Assembly: GCF_036588685.1 (NCBI RefSeq)
Contig: NC_086373.1
Coordinates: forward strand, 25,916,001-25,980,000
DNA: 64,000 nt
Source of the DNA: Mytilus trossulus
Lineage: Eukaryota
Reading direction: 5' to 3'
Below the pieces are notes generated by a model. It saw only the letters and a list, made by a program, of their open reading frames with translations, was not told the origin of the DNA and made no database searches. The translations under genes were made by a program, and so were the position numbers. Below are positions 40,901-55,074 of this stretch, piece by piece; within the stretch, counting starts at the first letter, position 1, and each line of letters starts with the position of its first letter.

Positions 40901-43900
40901 ACATATATTTTTTAGACTCAACACGGATCTCCACTTTTATCTATGAGCCATATGCATTGAGCCTTAAATAAAAATGACCTTGCCAAAACTTTTAATAGAA
41001 TTATGAAAATTTATTTTGACTAAGAATCAATAATTAAATTAGCATAACTTTTCATATCACTAACATTTGAAAAGGAATAGACCCCTTTCGAGTTTGTTCG
41101 TCACCAGAAAAAGTTCGTCAATTATGCATGTCTTTAGGATGTCATTTACCAGATAGAGGGGATCACCTGTATCCCTACACTATTAACGTTCACCAAGAGT
41201 CTTAGTGATTGTCAATGTGCAGGATAAACTAGAAATTATATTTGTTCTGTAGGTACTTAATCACAATTCCCTAATGACAACAGTGCTGATTGCCAATTAT
41301 GAGATTTTAATTTGCTGAATAATTCGTGCAATAAAGCATCATAGTTTTCCAACCACTTGCTCAACATTAGAACGGTGTGACAACACCCCTAAACGTACAA
41401 TTCACGTTCACTTACACCACACTGTTTTGACAAAATGCATCGAACTCGAAAGATGTCTATTGAATTATTTCATAAATGCAGTTCAAAAGTTTGCATGGTA
41501 CGTATACACACAAAACAGTGGCGGATCCAGACCTTTTTCTAAGGGGGGGCCTGCTGACTGACGTAAGGATCTGCCTATGCAAAATATTTCAGTGTCTTCT
41601 TTATACCTGACATTTAATGAATAATGTTACAATTCAATTTGTACAACATTGTCATATCAATACATGTAGCTGTGATTGAAACCCCCTTCCACCTCCTGAT
41701 GAAGTTAGTGATTTTTCAAAGCTAACCCAGGAATAGTTGTCGAGAAATTTTGAACTTAATCCCAATTTTTGTTATTTAACTTACCAAGTACAGGGATCAC
41801 CACCTTTTGAAATATCTGCTAGAAAAACATTAGCAAAGTGGATCAAAAATGCTCCAAAAGCTTGTTTGGATGTATCAAAAAACCTAAAATAAAAAACAGA
41901 ATTGTTTTACTCCTCTAAACATCAAACATACATAAATATTTTATCATACTTCAAGTTAAAATATCAGCTTTTGATAGGCTATTATGAGGGAGACATTTTA
42001 CTCAATCCCATGGCTCCCAGCAAGAGATAATTTTTGAATGACACCCTTTTGTGCAGACCATTCAAAAATTGATAATTTAAAGGACAATGAATAAAATTTA
42101 CAACCATAATTGATAATTTTTAAGTCAATGCTCTAATTCAACATTTTGGCCTTAGAATTTTTTTCATAGACTTGACAAAAAAATATATATTTAATATTTT
42201 CTTGCTTTGCCATGTTCACTTTTATTGTTTTTCTGATAATAGACCACTTTCGAGTTCATCCGTCACCGGGAAAAACTTCAATTTTGAGCGCCTCTGTGAC
42301 GTCATTGTGCAGGATAAACTAGAAATAATATTTGTTTTATAGGTACTTAATTACAATTTCCCAACGATAGCAGTGCTGATTGTCATTTATGAAAATCTAG
42401 TTTGACGAATAATACGTGCAATATAGCATTACAGTGTTCCAACCACTCGCTCAATATTGGAATGGAAGTGAAGATGCACCTAAACACACGAATGATGTTC
42501 ACTTAAACCAGAGTTTTTGATGCAAATGCATGGAACTTGAAAGTTGTCTATTGTAGCATAAATGTACATGACTTCATTTTTCAGTACTTTCAATTTAAAG
42601 TTTAAACATCAATAATGATAGAACTTTAGTACAATGAATTGAATAACACATAACTGATAGGGTTAAAGAGCAGATTGGTACCCCTCAAATCAATTCCTGA
42701 TTTTTGTATTCATCTGAGATTAGATGATCATGATGGTGTAATCTTTCACAAAACTTTATAAAACTTAAATGAGAAATGTTGGTACAAGAGTGCTAACATT
42801 TATCAATTTCTGCATTTCTTAGGTTCAAACATGAAGCCAAAAAATACTAAACAGCCCTTATTTTCAAACTTGTAAAAGACATTAAAAAATGAAGACTTAG
42901 GTTAATTAATACATAGATCTGTAATATTTTAATTGATCATTTTTAACATATTTACCAAATCCTCCACGGCCTCCTTTCATATCTTGGTTCACAATACCTC
43001 TTTGCTGTAAAAATAATAGAACATAAATTATACAAAATACATATATTTCTTAATTTTAGTATCATGAATTGTGTCCAACTTCTAAAAATGTCTTTTGAGA
43101 AAAGCAATGCATTGTACAACATGTACATATACTGGTAACTTTTGTTTTAATTCAGTTTTCATAATCTTTCTTCATTATACAATATACATTATTAAGCTTC
43201 TTGTAAACTTTTCAAACCAGATTTTTATTCTTATCAATCAAATATGTACATCTATTTATGTAATTTATACAGACTCTGAAAATGTCTACTGCAAAAAGTC
43301 CTACTCTCTATTAATATATTATGCATGTTATGTATGATAAAAGACTGAAAAATGATAAAAATACATTTTGAAAATTTTTGCTACAGATTTTACACTGTAA
43401 CAAAATATATCTCTTACAAAAAAAAGCTTCTCTTAAATACATAAATTTTATATGAAGGTTTGACAAAGTAACTTATGGTAACAAACTTCAACACCAACCT
43501 ATACCTTAATGTGAACTGCAATAAAAACTAAGTTTCATCAATATAATACAAAAAAAAATACAAAATAATTTCATTGTTTTTCTCTGGATACTGTATTTAT
43601 CATGTTCATGGTCTTTGATACAAAAAAAAAGAAGCTTTGGTCCGATTTAAGTAAAATTTAACGAAGGTTTAATGTGGAAAGTAATTGATGACTGAAAATA
43701 TATAACTGAACTGTAGTTTGAAGCATACATGTTTATCCAAATTATGGCTGTAAAAAATGTCAATGTACATGTACTGTATCATCAAAATACTGTGAATTCA
43801 TTTATTTTCATGTGTACCAATTTTCGTAGATTAAGGAACACTTGCATGTTCGTGGATATTTAATTTCGTGGTTTTGCAGAAGTCTGCATACAAGCCTGTA

Positions 43901-45783
43901 GAAAATCTTGTATTCGGTGAGCATTTAATTTCGTGGTTCACCTGTGCCCAAGAAAACCACGAAAATTGGTACCCAACGAATATTAGTGAATCAACAGTAC
44001 AGAAAAAAAGAAAATAAATATTTTCAAATATTTTCTCTTTTCTTTTGATCATAAAAAAAAGCTATTCCAAAATTCATTAAATTCCATGATGATTTGACAA
44101 GGTAATTGTTGTCCAACAAAAAATATTAACGAATGAATGGACCCTTATAAATCCCATGATGGTTTAATTTGGAAACTAATTGATTTCTAAATATATAACT
44201 TTACTGTAGTTTGAAGAATACTTGTTTATCCAAATTATGGCTGTAAAAAATGTCAATGTATCATCAAAATACAGAAAAAAAGAAAATAAACATTTTCTCT
44301 CATTTTCTCTGCTCTTTTGATCATAAAAAAGCTATTCCAAGCTTCATTAAATTCCATGATGATTTAACATAGTTATTGTTGTCCAACAAAAAAAATTAAC
44401 AAAAGAATGGACCCTTATAATGATTTCACTGACGACAGAATGGCTGAATGTTACGGATCACATTTGCTTTTGTGATATGCAATTTTGAAATGTTGCAGGT
44501 TCAACAAAAAATATGAATTAAAAATAAAAATTGATGTAAGAAATAGCACAATTTAATGACAATGATGTGAACTGGTTTTGGTACAAAATGCCAACATTTA
44601 TAGCTGTAATATGTCCTAATGTTAATAATTATGTTATACTTATACCAAGTCAGTTATTAATTTCAGTAATACATCTAGGGAGTGTCTGCGCTTACCCCCA
44701 TGCGGGTACGAATAGTGAAATTTCCGCTCTAGGCTGCGCGTACCCACATCCGGTTTTATAATAAAAGCTGTCGGATCAGGAATTAAACGTGAAATATATA
44801 GGGAATTTGCTGCAATTAATGAATAAATTGATTAAAACTACTCAGAATTTTTATAAATTTGTACAGAACTATCAGGCGTTAAATTTCATACAATTGTATG
44901 AAAGAAATTCGGACCGAGTCTATAGCAGCCGTTGGCATGTGATTGCTGTTTAGACTGGCAACATTTGAAATGTGCAGAGTTGAAATCTGTGCCAAAACAA
45001 TCATATTGGATGTAAAATTTGTTCCAAATCTTAATTAGTAACATGAATCTTTTATAATTGGTTTAAATTGATATTATTACTTGCTTCTTTAATTCTTATA
45101 AACTCAAGCTTTAATTTTAGTAGTTTTATATATTCTAAAATTTCACTCTGTTTTACATTTTACTAAAATATTAATTTTTTTTTTAAATATCTTATGGGTA
45201 TATTTTTAAATTATTAAAATTTTATTCTTTAAATTTTCATTTAAATTATATATTAGTATTATTTTCTATCATGTTTTTCTTTTACTGGGACTGTACATTT
45301 TCATTTTCCATCATGGTGCATTTAATTTTGCAATGTTTATTATGTATCATTATTTAATAAATACAATTTGAAAATATTATTTTTCATACTCTTCATTCTT
45401 CTATACCATGAACACGAAATTCCCATTTATTATCGATAATTTCCGTATATATTTCACTTTTCATTCCCGATCCGAAGGCATTTAAATAGAAAACCGGATG
45501 TGGGTATGCGCAGCCTAGAATGGCAATTTGACTATTCGTACGCGCAGACACTGCCATACATCTATTTTCCAACAAACTTTCTCATCTACAATACAATGCA
45601 TTATGTACCTATTAATGATGAAAAGGCAAGAAAAGCCAACAGTCCTTGTACCAGTAGTCCTAGTGGACCCATTAAATCTCCAGTGGAACAATGATAGTGG
45701 AACCCATTGCCAGGATTCACTGGTTCTTCTACAGATAGAACGGTGTGGTTTGGGTTTATACTCATATTGGTATTATTTATCAT
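37926..45783 (-). CDS. STIMATE: Store-operated calcium entry regulator STIMATE / TMEM110 orthologue (about 289 aa, 7 coding exons)
   Basis: Exons 45783-45609, 43004-42956, 41883-41785, 40844-40723, 40341-40229, 38973-38890, 38153-37926 give 870 nt in frame. Family motifs LMGPLGLLVQGLLAFLAFSSLI-KRYCEP-RRPWRIWFFDTSKQ-HFANV-DPCTWY-FLLDSTIG-LKFGEYG-PP-GQC-EK-ELVIVMFIIP-FWVVDNFL. Start Met (45783 or 45765) is uncertain. Confidence 0.92.
39474..39930 (+). mobile_element. Helentron/HINE-like non-autonomous element with ~169-bp internal repeats
   Basis: AACAAGAATGTGTCC start, two ~169-bp units (39512, 39681), GGAC/GAAC microsatellite, terminal hairpin ATGCCCCTCTAC..GTAGGTGGGGCA. Same family as 59322-60062. 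Confidence 0.7.
41076..41461. mobile_element. AATAGAC-TIR MITE, copy 2
   Basis: AATAGACCCCTTTCGAGTT / GAACTCGAAAGATGTCTATT; body homologous to 17888-18274. Confidence 0.8.
42238..42552. mobile_element. AATAGAC-TIR MITE, copy 3 (internal deletion)
   Basis: AATAGACCACTTTCGAGTTC / GAACTTGAAAGTTGTCTATT; lacks about 70 bp present in the other copies. Confidence 0.8.
43790..43997. mobile_element. Tc1/mariner-type MITE (TA TSD)
   Basis: TA|CTGTGAATTCA..TGAATCAACAG|TA; the empty site is visible in the adjacent tandem duplicate (about 44260-44290). Confidence 0.8.
44678..45555. mobile_element. Mutator/MULE-like MITE (878 bp)
   Basis: About 110-bp TIRs GGGAGTGTCTGCGC.. / ..GCGCAGACACTGCC; 9-bp TSD ATACATCTA at 44669-77 and 45556-64. 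Confidence 0.8.
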
Positions 45784-46115
45784 TAATAACCAGATGAAAG
45801 TGTCTTCTAATGGCAATTGTTTATGCTGTTAAACTTTTAGTTTTCTAGAGTTTCTTGGGTTAAGATTCACTTTGTAAAGTGTATATATATATATGCAACC
45901 AAATATTTTGGGTATCTGTTCATCTGGGCCTCAGTCTGGCTGCAAAAAATGCGGTGAATATCTTTGCAATCAATCAGATGAGAATTTCATCATTGAGGAA
46001 GATCGCGGATATTTCTCTAGATTATGAATATAGTAGGTTATGCTATAGAATGGTCATTATTTCATGGTGATTTGTTTCTTTGGTATTTTCTGTGTTTCTG
46101 TCATCTGTCATTTTC

Positions 46116-46123
46116 CCGGAAGT
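46116..46123. promoter_or_regulatory. ETS-type motif CCGGAAGT in the probable STIMATE promoter
   Basis: Exact ETS/GABP consensus about 330 bp upstream of the first coding exon; motif only. Confidence 0.35.
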
Positions 46124-47159
46124 TGACATGAAAAATAATAAGCACAGAACAAACCGGTGAGACAACGTAATATTTCCGTACATATACCAAAAAAAACCTT
46201 GTAACATAAAAAAAACCCTGTGAAATCTCAAATTTCATTTAGAAATCAACTGTTAAGTCAAATTTTTCTCCAAAAAAGAAATCAACCCTAAGTCAAATTT
46301 CTTTCACAATTTATTATATAACAGTATAACCATAATAAAAACTGTTGTTGCAAGATAACATTAACTTGACTGAATTCATGTTCGAAGATTTCAAGGCATT
46401 GATATTTGTCCATATTCATTGATCATTTTTCAACAAAAAAGAAGTTTATATATGTTTATATGAAGAAAAACATATATCCAGTATTTGTTAAGAAAAAAGT
46501 GTGTATCATTGTTGTGAAAACATGGTATAACATTTTAACGCGGAGAAACATTATGTTATATAATAATTACTCTTTTACATGTTTTATATGATTATAGACT
46601 AATCATGATGTAAGTTTTACATGTATTTACATACATGTAGTCTCTTTAATAACTCTTTAACGAATGGCACATGCATTATGTCACTTGTTTTAAACAATAT
46701 ATACTAGCTTTTTGTAGATGCAACATGTTTTTTTCAGTAATGGTTGTTGTTTCTTTGATGAGACTTAAAAGTTTCATAAAACACTGAATCTGCATTGCAT
46801 CCTCGTAGTCACTTCAAAGACATGAATATTATAATTATAGTAACAACAACTCGTCTAAACATCAACCCAACAATGTTAGATCTGTAAATTTGCTTTCGCA
46901 AACAACAATCGAAAAGGCAAGCACCAGTCTACAGGACACTTAATATCGAAAAACTTAAGATATTGATAAGAAGAATACGGACAGAAACTGCATGGGAAAG
47001 TGCTCCAAAGTTGATATACACATTACTAAAAATAATTTGTTCAAATATTTCTCAGGCCTGGGTTTTGTAGATTTATGCAAACAAAAATCATTTTCTCTTG
47101 TAGATATATTTATATTGATAACTGCATTTCAATGTAATCACATTTAGCAAAGCATGCTT

Positions 47160-47575
47160 TTTTTATTGAGTTAAGTCTGCCAATTAATATTTTATCGTAT
47201 GTTTTTCTATGTTATGATGTTATGCTATTGTTTCAGGAAAAAGGGAGAAGGTTTGGATCCATTAAAACGTTTAATCCCGCTGCAAATGTTTGCACCTGTC
47301 CTAAGTCAGAAATCTGATGTACAGTAGTTGTCGTTTGTTTATGTAATATATACGTGTTTCTCGTTTCTCGTTTTGTTTATATAGATTAGACCGTTGGTTT
47401 TCCCGTTTGAATGGTTTTACACTAGTAATTTTGTGGCCCTTTATAGCTTGTTGTTCGGTGTGAGCCAAGGCTCCGTGTTGAAGACCGTACTTTAACCTAT
47501 AATGGTTTACTTTTTAAATTGTTATTTGGATGGAGTTGTCTCATTGGCACTCACACCACATCTTCCTATATCTAT
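47160..47575 (-). repeat. SINE-like repeat, inverted near-identical copy of 5845-6285
   Basis: Direct reverse-complement comparison. Confidence 0.75.
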
Positions 47576-50254
47576 TTGTAGAGATCTGATGAGTTTAGCC
47601 CTTTTCAATTGAGTTTTATAGTTTGTTCTGAAGCTGTACCGTGTTACACCACTGTCGCAGGTTAGTGAGAGGTTCTACACCTGCAAACATATCGACACAT
47701 TGTGTATATGCACGAACCCAGTCGTTAATTCAGTTGTTGTGCTGTATATCAAAATTGTTTTTCTCTTATTGTTTTTCTTAATGTTGTTGTACCGTATAAT
47801 TCGCTTAAAATGTTTTACTTTTGTCATCATTTGTTATAAAGACTTACTTTGTGGCCATTTGTTATAAAGACTTACTTTGTGGCAGTGGCGGGTCTATAGG
47901 GGTGGGGTCTTAAACCCTCTTTTTCTGCCGACGATCAATACCTTTGAATGGAAGCATATGGTTGGAACCCACCTTTATCATAGGTTGTAACCCTCTTTTA
48001 AAAATGACTGGATCCAACACCTGCGCATGATATATATATAATCGGGGTATTGCTCATTGTTGAAATCCGTACGGTGACCTAAATACTAGGATCGAGTTGT
48101 TAACTCATGCGTCTTGAGGTTTCTTGTGGAGAGTTGTCTCGTTGGCACTCATGCAACTTCTTCTCGTTTTTATATATTCAATATATCTTTCTTTATAATG
48201 AAATAAAATTATATAGTAGGGCTCATTTTCTATTAATTTATTGACTGCTCAGAGCCTTTGATCAAATTATAGACACCTGTATATGGTTAAACATTTCAAT
48301 TTTAGCGAATTCAGAGTAATTTTAAGGACGTTCTAAATATACCCTACCCCCCCCCCCCCCCCCCCCCCTCCCCCCTTAAATATATTAAATTTAGAATGAG
48401 GACTTATTCGCAATCTTGTTAATTTCTGATCATCCCCATTTTTCCAAGTTGAAATCTCAATGCAATTCAAATCATTTTTCTTATCAGAATACCAAAAACT
48501 GAAGAATTGTTAAATGTTTTAAACTTGTATGAATAAAATGAAATCATGAAACATATGAAATGCTATATATTTTATCATATTTGCAATGTTTGTTATAAAG
48601 TATGAAAAGTATCATTTCATTATCATTAATTCCTAACCTTTGCCCCTCTATATATACTTATCAAGTAAATCATTATAAATAATAGATATTGGTATATAGA
48701 TCCAGTATTATCAAGATTCTTACTGTTAAGTGTGTAACTATAGTTTTTTAGTAATATCCTGGATCCGGGATTCCGTTAGCGGATATATATTTTTGTAATG
48801 ATTGTATTTTATTTTATTTTTTTAGTATAAGGACGTACTACTAGAAAGTACACTGCACACTGCTAGTAAGCATCCAAAACGGGTTGCCAACGCTAACAAT
48901 TTGAAACATATAAACATATAAACAAATAAAACACACTGACTTAAATTGCACTGTTGTATTGCAAATCCCCCCACACCACCCACAAAAAAGAAGATCTGAT
49001 GGACGAGCTCTGTGAATCAAGCATGGCCAAGTTTCTTTAGTCAGGTTTTTTTTTAGAATTCCAATTTGTATGAGGATTATTCTGGATACTACTGCATTCC
49101 AATTTGTACTGTAAAATGTAAACCTCTGTATTTGAATGAAGAAACGACTCGCAAAAAGAAGTATTAGCAAATCAAGATCTGAGAAAACTACAACATATTA
49201 CACTCAGTAACCGACATATCACGATATTTGATCAGCTGATGTAATATTTTAAATTAGATAATTTGTGACTCAGTTTATAACAGAGAAACGGCATACCGTC
49301 TTAAAAAGTCTTTCAAACGACTTAGCAATACCTTGCTTAATATCTCTTGATTATACAAAATAAACTGGAAATTTCTGAGATTGATTGATTGATGCCCCCG
49401 GATTGCTTAACTTTACGTTCAGTGGCAAATATTTCATGCATGTCTAAGTACAAAACGACTTGGAATTTATATCATAAAGTTAAATAATATTGTCACTGTC
49501 GTTGCATGTAATCATTGAATACATATTATAAAATAGTGCTTCCGAAATTAACATTTCTCGAGCACATGCTAAAAATGTAAAATATAATTTTGTGTACTAG
49601 CTCGATATCATAAAATTGCCTTCGGGCACTCAAAGTTATAAAAATAATTTATAAATATTTTATCTTTCCCTCGAAATATGGCTCTATATGGATTTTTCAT
49701 AAACATCATACCAACTATAGTCCAACAATTCATGATCATGATCACCATTCAATCATGTAGTTGTACAATCTAAGCCAGGTACACATATGTACCAGTACTA
49801 TCACAAACTATGTGATAAAATGCCCCTCTCTCAGTGACGTCCGCGATTCCGTGGTAAAAATATACTAAAATCTCACATTTGTTGCATTGAGTAGACTAGT
49901 TATATTAATATGGACATAAAATATTGTCAGTATACTGTTCCAATAGTAGATTAAATTTTCTCCATACATTCGAGACACAGTTTAAAACATTATACATGTA
50001 CATAACTGTTTTTATTGCACAAGGCGAAGGGGAAGTATAAACTCATTTTTTGTTAATGAATTAATCATATTTGTTAAGTATTGATTATCTACTATTTCAT
50101 ACATTTGATAAAATTGTGTATTTATCATTTACACGTGTTTATCGACCAAGTTCCGCCACGTACAAATATTTAAATTTAAAAATATGATATAAAATATTGG
50201 GGCATGTTAGCGGCATCTTGTAACAAGGACATGCGCACAATGTACTTTTGGCGA

Positions 50255-50377
50255 TTAGTTGCCATCTTGAACGTGGAAGTATGATTACAAACAGAAGGAC
50301 AGAAAATTGTAAATTTGTAGTGTTGAAGATTCGATACTGCATTTTTCTTTTAATTGGCATATCGATTAATTTATAAG
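50255..50377 (+). promoter_or_regulatory. Candidate non-coding first exon / TSS region of the SFMBT-like gene
   Basis: YY1-type GCCATCTTG at about 50260, locally higher CpG, donor AAG|GTAACT at 50377/8; the coding exon has an acceptor at 57797 upstream of the ATG. Confidence 0.35.
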
Positions 50378-51353
50378 GTAACTGCATAAATCTTTTTCCC
50401 AAATATTTTTCATTATTTATAGGAAATTTAACCGATTGTTTTGGTCGGTCAAATATCAAATATATATATGCATATTCATGACTTGTTTATTTCAGCAAGA
50501 ATAATTTGGAAGAATATCAATATCATTTCATTAGTACCATATTTAAAACAGTTGGAGTGATTGATAACAGCAAAATGGAAAATATTGTATAATGCAAATG
50601 AGGCAATACTAATTATAAATATAGTATCGTTATTGCAAATACTTTTTATTTGGTTATTATACGCGGAAAATTTATCATTCATTTTTACTCTAGTCTAAAA
50701 ATAGAACCTCGAAAGTATTATTTCATAATTTATCTATAGACCTTTTAAATATGGAACCAGTATTATAGGTAAAGGTACAGTAAGTATTTGCTAGTGAGTT
50801 CTGTAACTTTATGGCTTAATTTTTTTTTACAGATAAAAAAACTTTCAACAATCACTGAAATACGTAACAAAAAGGGGGAGGGTAAATATGAGTAGGCGAA
50901 TCGTGAGGCGAATCAACTAAGTCATACAAAAATTTTCAAACTTATCTTCAGAAATGCAGAAACTTCTATTGAAACTTAATTTATGTATACATTAAAATAA
51001 ATGGATGGTTCTGATATATTTTGGCTACTTTAATTGGGGTCAAAATAACAAAATTATTCTGTTTACATGTGTATATTTGTCCCATACCTTGTTATGCTTA
51101 AATACAAAGCCTTTTACGTTTATTGGCAAACATAAAATAAAGACAAAGTTACACATCTTCCAGTATACATATTGTATTAGAAACTTTAAAAAATCACTGA
51201 AATATAGCTGACAAAAAAGGGGGAGGGTAAATATGAAAAAGAGTATGGATCAGTATGGAGTAAGTTAGGCCAAAAAGGTCAAACTTTTATAATTGAAATG
51301 TATAGAACTTATATTGAAATAAAACGTGTGCATGCATTAAGGTGTATATTTAT

Positions 51354-54300
51354 GGGGTCGCCCCGATATTCCGACACCCCGTTAGTCCGACACCCCATTA
51401 GTCCGACACCTCACTATTCCGACACCCCATTGGTCCGACACCCCAATAGTCCGACACACCAGTAGTCCGACAAAGGTAAATAACCGCCGAAATATAAAGG
51501 TTAGAGAATAATTGCAAACAGTATAAAGTATAGAGAAAATTGCATGTCAATTAAAGAATATCTATATGAACGACCCCTCCCCAAATCCCTACACTCCTTC
51601 GTAGAATTTTGATATTTGAACTACTCTTGCTTATGTGTATATCACAGAAACAGATAATATCATGTCACCTGTTTGATATTACTATTGAAGAAGTACCATG
51701 ACTACGTCCATATAAGAAAAACCAAGGTCCTTGCAAGTTCTGGTTAACTAATTTAAGATATGTTCTATATGGGAACACATTCTACTAAAAAATAAATGTT
51801 ATCAGCAGTCTCTCATCATAATGAATCGTGTACACGTGATAAGGTCTCGGAGACAGTCAAAACTGGAAAAACTGTCATTTTACCATAAAGAAGGACTAAT
51901 GATTCCAACCATTACTATTTCGATTCATATATATACAGTACACGAACTTAATTATCGAACACTGAGAGCCATCGAGAGTGTTTTAAGTTTATAACATCTT
52001 TCTATACAAAGAAGACTTGATTAAGGTTGAAACTTCGATATAAATGGATGCAATGTGCTGTCAGAATGAACATGAACTGAATAGTCATGAAAGATTTGCC
52101 ACTGGACATTAGACAAACATTAACTACCAATCATGTATTCAAACCGTCATGTCCATGAATGATGACATACATGTATGCAACAATATTTGTAATTGCATAT
52201 TCATAAAGCAACAAAATTTCTGTAATTATATTTAAGTTATTTTCATTTGTGTTCTTTGTTGCATCTTTAAAAACACAACTTATCGGTTGTTTTTTAAACA
52301 AACCAGGCAAACATGTGACATGAAAATAAATCTAGCAACAAACTCCACTTCTCTTCACATTGACACTGTTACAGGAATGTACTTGTTTTCATTATTTCTT
52401 TTTACCAGTACATTTTTGGCTGATTCTTAACGGAGAACGCACCAAACTTTACAAAGTTCTGTTTGGTTCACCCCTATTTTAAGTGTTTAACGTATTTGCT
52501 TTAAATAATTCACTCTTCAATAAGTACAAACAGTGTTGCATAAAGACAAACTAAACTTAAATATTCTTCTCAAACAAATTCTGTACACCACACCGAATCA
52601 ACTTCGCATCTTACATACAAACTTTTATTCAGTAAAGCCTAATTGGAGCCTTAACTTTCTTATTTCCCTCCTTTGGGAGAAACACAAAGTAGAGTATCGC
52701 CATGTTAGTCATTCGACAAAACTTCAAAAAGTACATTTAGTTTTACAAAATGTTCGCTACTCGGCATCTGAATCAGGTTTTCTGTATTCGGTTTGAGTAA
52801 ATATATGCCATTATTTTCACTAATACCAACCAACCTTGATATTCCTAAGTTGCCTTTCCTGTTCTCAGTCATTCGATGGACAAGGTCAATGAGTTTTGAT
52901 ATCCATTTAAAATTAAAGTGGGAATAGAATTATGGTCACTTTTGCCTTTTTCCAACTATCAGTAAACCCTGGGTGCATGGGACGTCCGTTTGATTGGTCG
53001 AGGTATATTATTTTCCACAAATGTCAAAGTGGTGATGTTTTATCCGATGCCTCGTGTAGAGAGAGTACCACGCTCTCTGCAGGTTAAGAAACATTGCAAC
53101 AAATCTAGGGATCATCGGTAGCCTTTTGTCTGTGCCTGTTGCAAGGCAAATGTTTGTCCCTATTCAATATACGTTTATCATTCAGCAGCACTCCAAGTTT
53201 CATTGACCTTTTTTCACCCCGGATGGTATCTATTACAGTACCTACCTATTGTATTTATTGTTAAATTGTTTTCGCATGTAATATTTGTCACTGGACATTA
53301 AGCAAAATTATAATATTGTAAGTATGTACTTCATGAATTATGTTATTGTAATTATGAGGACTCTCAGGAGGATTAGTTTTAACTAATGATATTATTCTCT
53401 TGAAATGAAGATAATGTATTTCCTCGTTCATTTTTCCTAATGTGCTTTGTCTATTATATGCATTTTAAGCTCATCTGGCCCATCATTTGGCGTCCGTCGA
53501 CCGGCGTCGCTCGTCAACTTTTACAAAAACCTTCTCCTCTGAACCAACTGGGCCAATTTTCAAATTCAACCAAATTTGGCCACAATCATCATTTAGGTAT
53601 CAGCTAGTTAACAACATGTGTCCGATTAACCGGCCAATTAACCAAGGCGGTGGCTGGCATGGTTAAAAATAGAAAATAGGGGTAAAATGTAGATTCTGGA
53701 ATATATCTCTAAATCCAAAATCCAAAGGATTTAGAGCAAATCTGAAATGGGTTTTAATTGTTTACTAGATCAAGATCTATCTGCCCTGAAATTTTCAGAC
53801 AAATCGTACAATCCGTTGTCGGGTTGCTGCAACTGAAATTTGTAAATTTTAAGGAAATTTTGCAGTTTTAGGTTATGATTTTAAATATTATGATAGATAG
53901 AGCTACACTGTACGATCTACAAATTCAAACATGACCAAAATGGTCAATTGGCCCCTGGATTTTTCTTCTCCTCTGAAACTACTGAGGAAATTTTAACCAA
54001 ACTTGGCCACAATCAGCATTATGATTATGGTATCTAGTTTTAGAAATGTGTTTGGTGACCCTGCCATCCAACCAACATGGCAGACATGGCTAAAAATATA
54101 ACAAAGGGGGCAATTGCAGTTTTTTACTTATATTTCTGAAACTAAAGCAAAAGAATAACGGTTGCATTATTTCATGCATCAATTATAAATAAAAATATCA
54201 GGATATTTTAGACGGTTTCCGTGTAAAACGAAGGTGGCCGCATTCGTGCTCATCCTTAATATTGAAATGTATGTTGTACTTGATGATAATACATAACATA

Positions 54301-55074
54301 TATAAAGGTTGAGGATGAACACGGATGCGGCCACTTTCATTTTTGACAAAAACCATCTGAAAAGTGACATATTTCGGCATATTTGATCTTAAATCGGATC
54401 GTTTTTCATGACTAAATCAGTTAAAATCTTTCACATAAATTAATTGAATCAAATGAAATAGACACTTAAGTGTTTAAAAAGTGGGCAAAATCTTTCGTCA
54501 GATGAACCTGAAATTTGAGGCCAAATCGGTCCTTACCGGACCTACTCCTTTACTGGCTTGCTGTCTATATGTAACGTACAAGTTCAAAGGAAATTTTCGT
54601 GAAATAATTATGAAATACTTTAACTAATTTCACCAATTGTCCTTTATAATATACTATGTATTTATGTTTCGTCTGTCCTGTCTCGCTATGTATTATCTCA
54701 TGTCTGTATATATTGTCCTCTTGTACACCTGTATGAGTCTGAGGTTATGAATAAAATCTTGAAAATCTTGAATCTTGAAACTGTATCTATGAAACCAGAT
54801 TTAAACTACCGTTTATAAGGAATATGGCAGTTGTTATCCATTCATTTGATAAGTGGGCTTTTGATTTATCCATTTGACTAAAGACTTTCCGTTTTCTTCG
54901 GAGTTTGGTATTTTCATATTTTACTTTTTATTATAATATTGTTCAATTATATCCGTGTCGGACTAATGGGGTGTCGGACTATTGGGGTGTCGGACCAATG
55001 GGGTGTCGGAATAATGGGGTGTCGGACCAATGGGGTGTCGGACTAATGGGGTGTCGGAATAACGGGGCTGCCCC
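51354..55074. mobile_element. 3.7-kb non-autonomous TIR element with 17-bp subterminal repeats and 8-bp TSD, carrying nested repeats
   Basis: GGGGTCGCCCCG.. / ..CGGGGCTGCCCC; (TCCGACACCCCATTAG)-type repeats at both ends; ATATTTAT at 51346-53 and 55075-82. GG ends with an 8-bp TSD are compatible with Merlin, hAT or Zisupton; unresolved. Confidence 0.8.

Noticed and set aside
48841-49170. 109-aa minus ORF and coding-like plus-strand stretch
   Set aside because: No recognisable motif or consistent exon chain.
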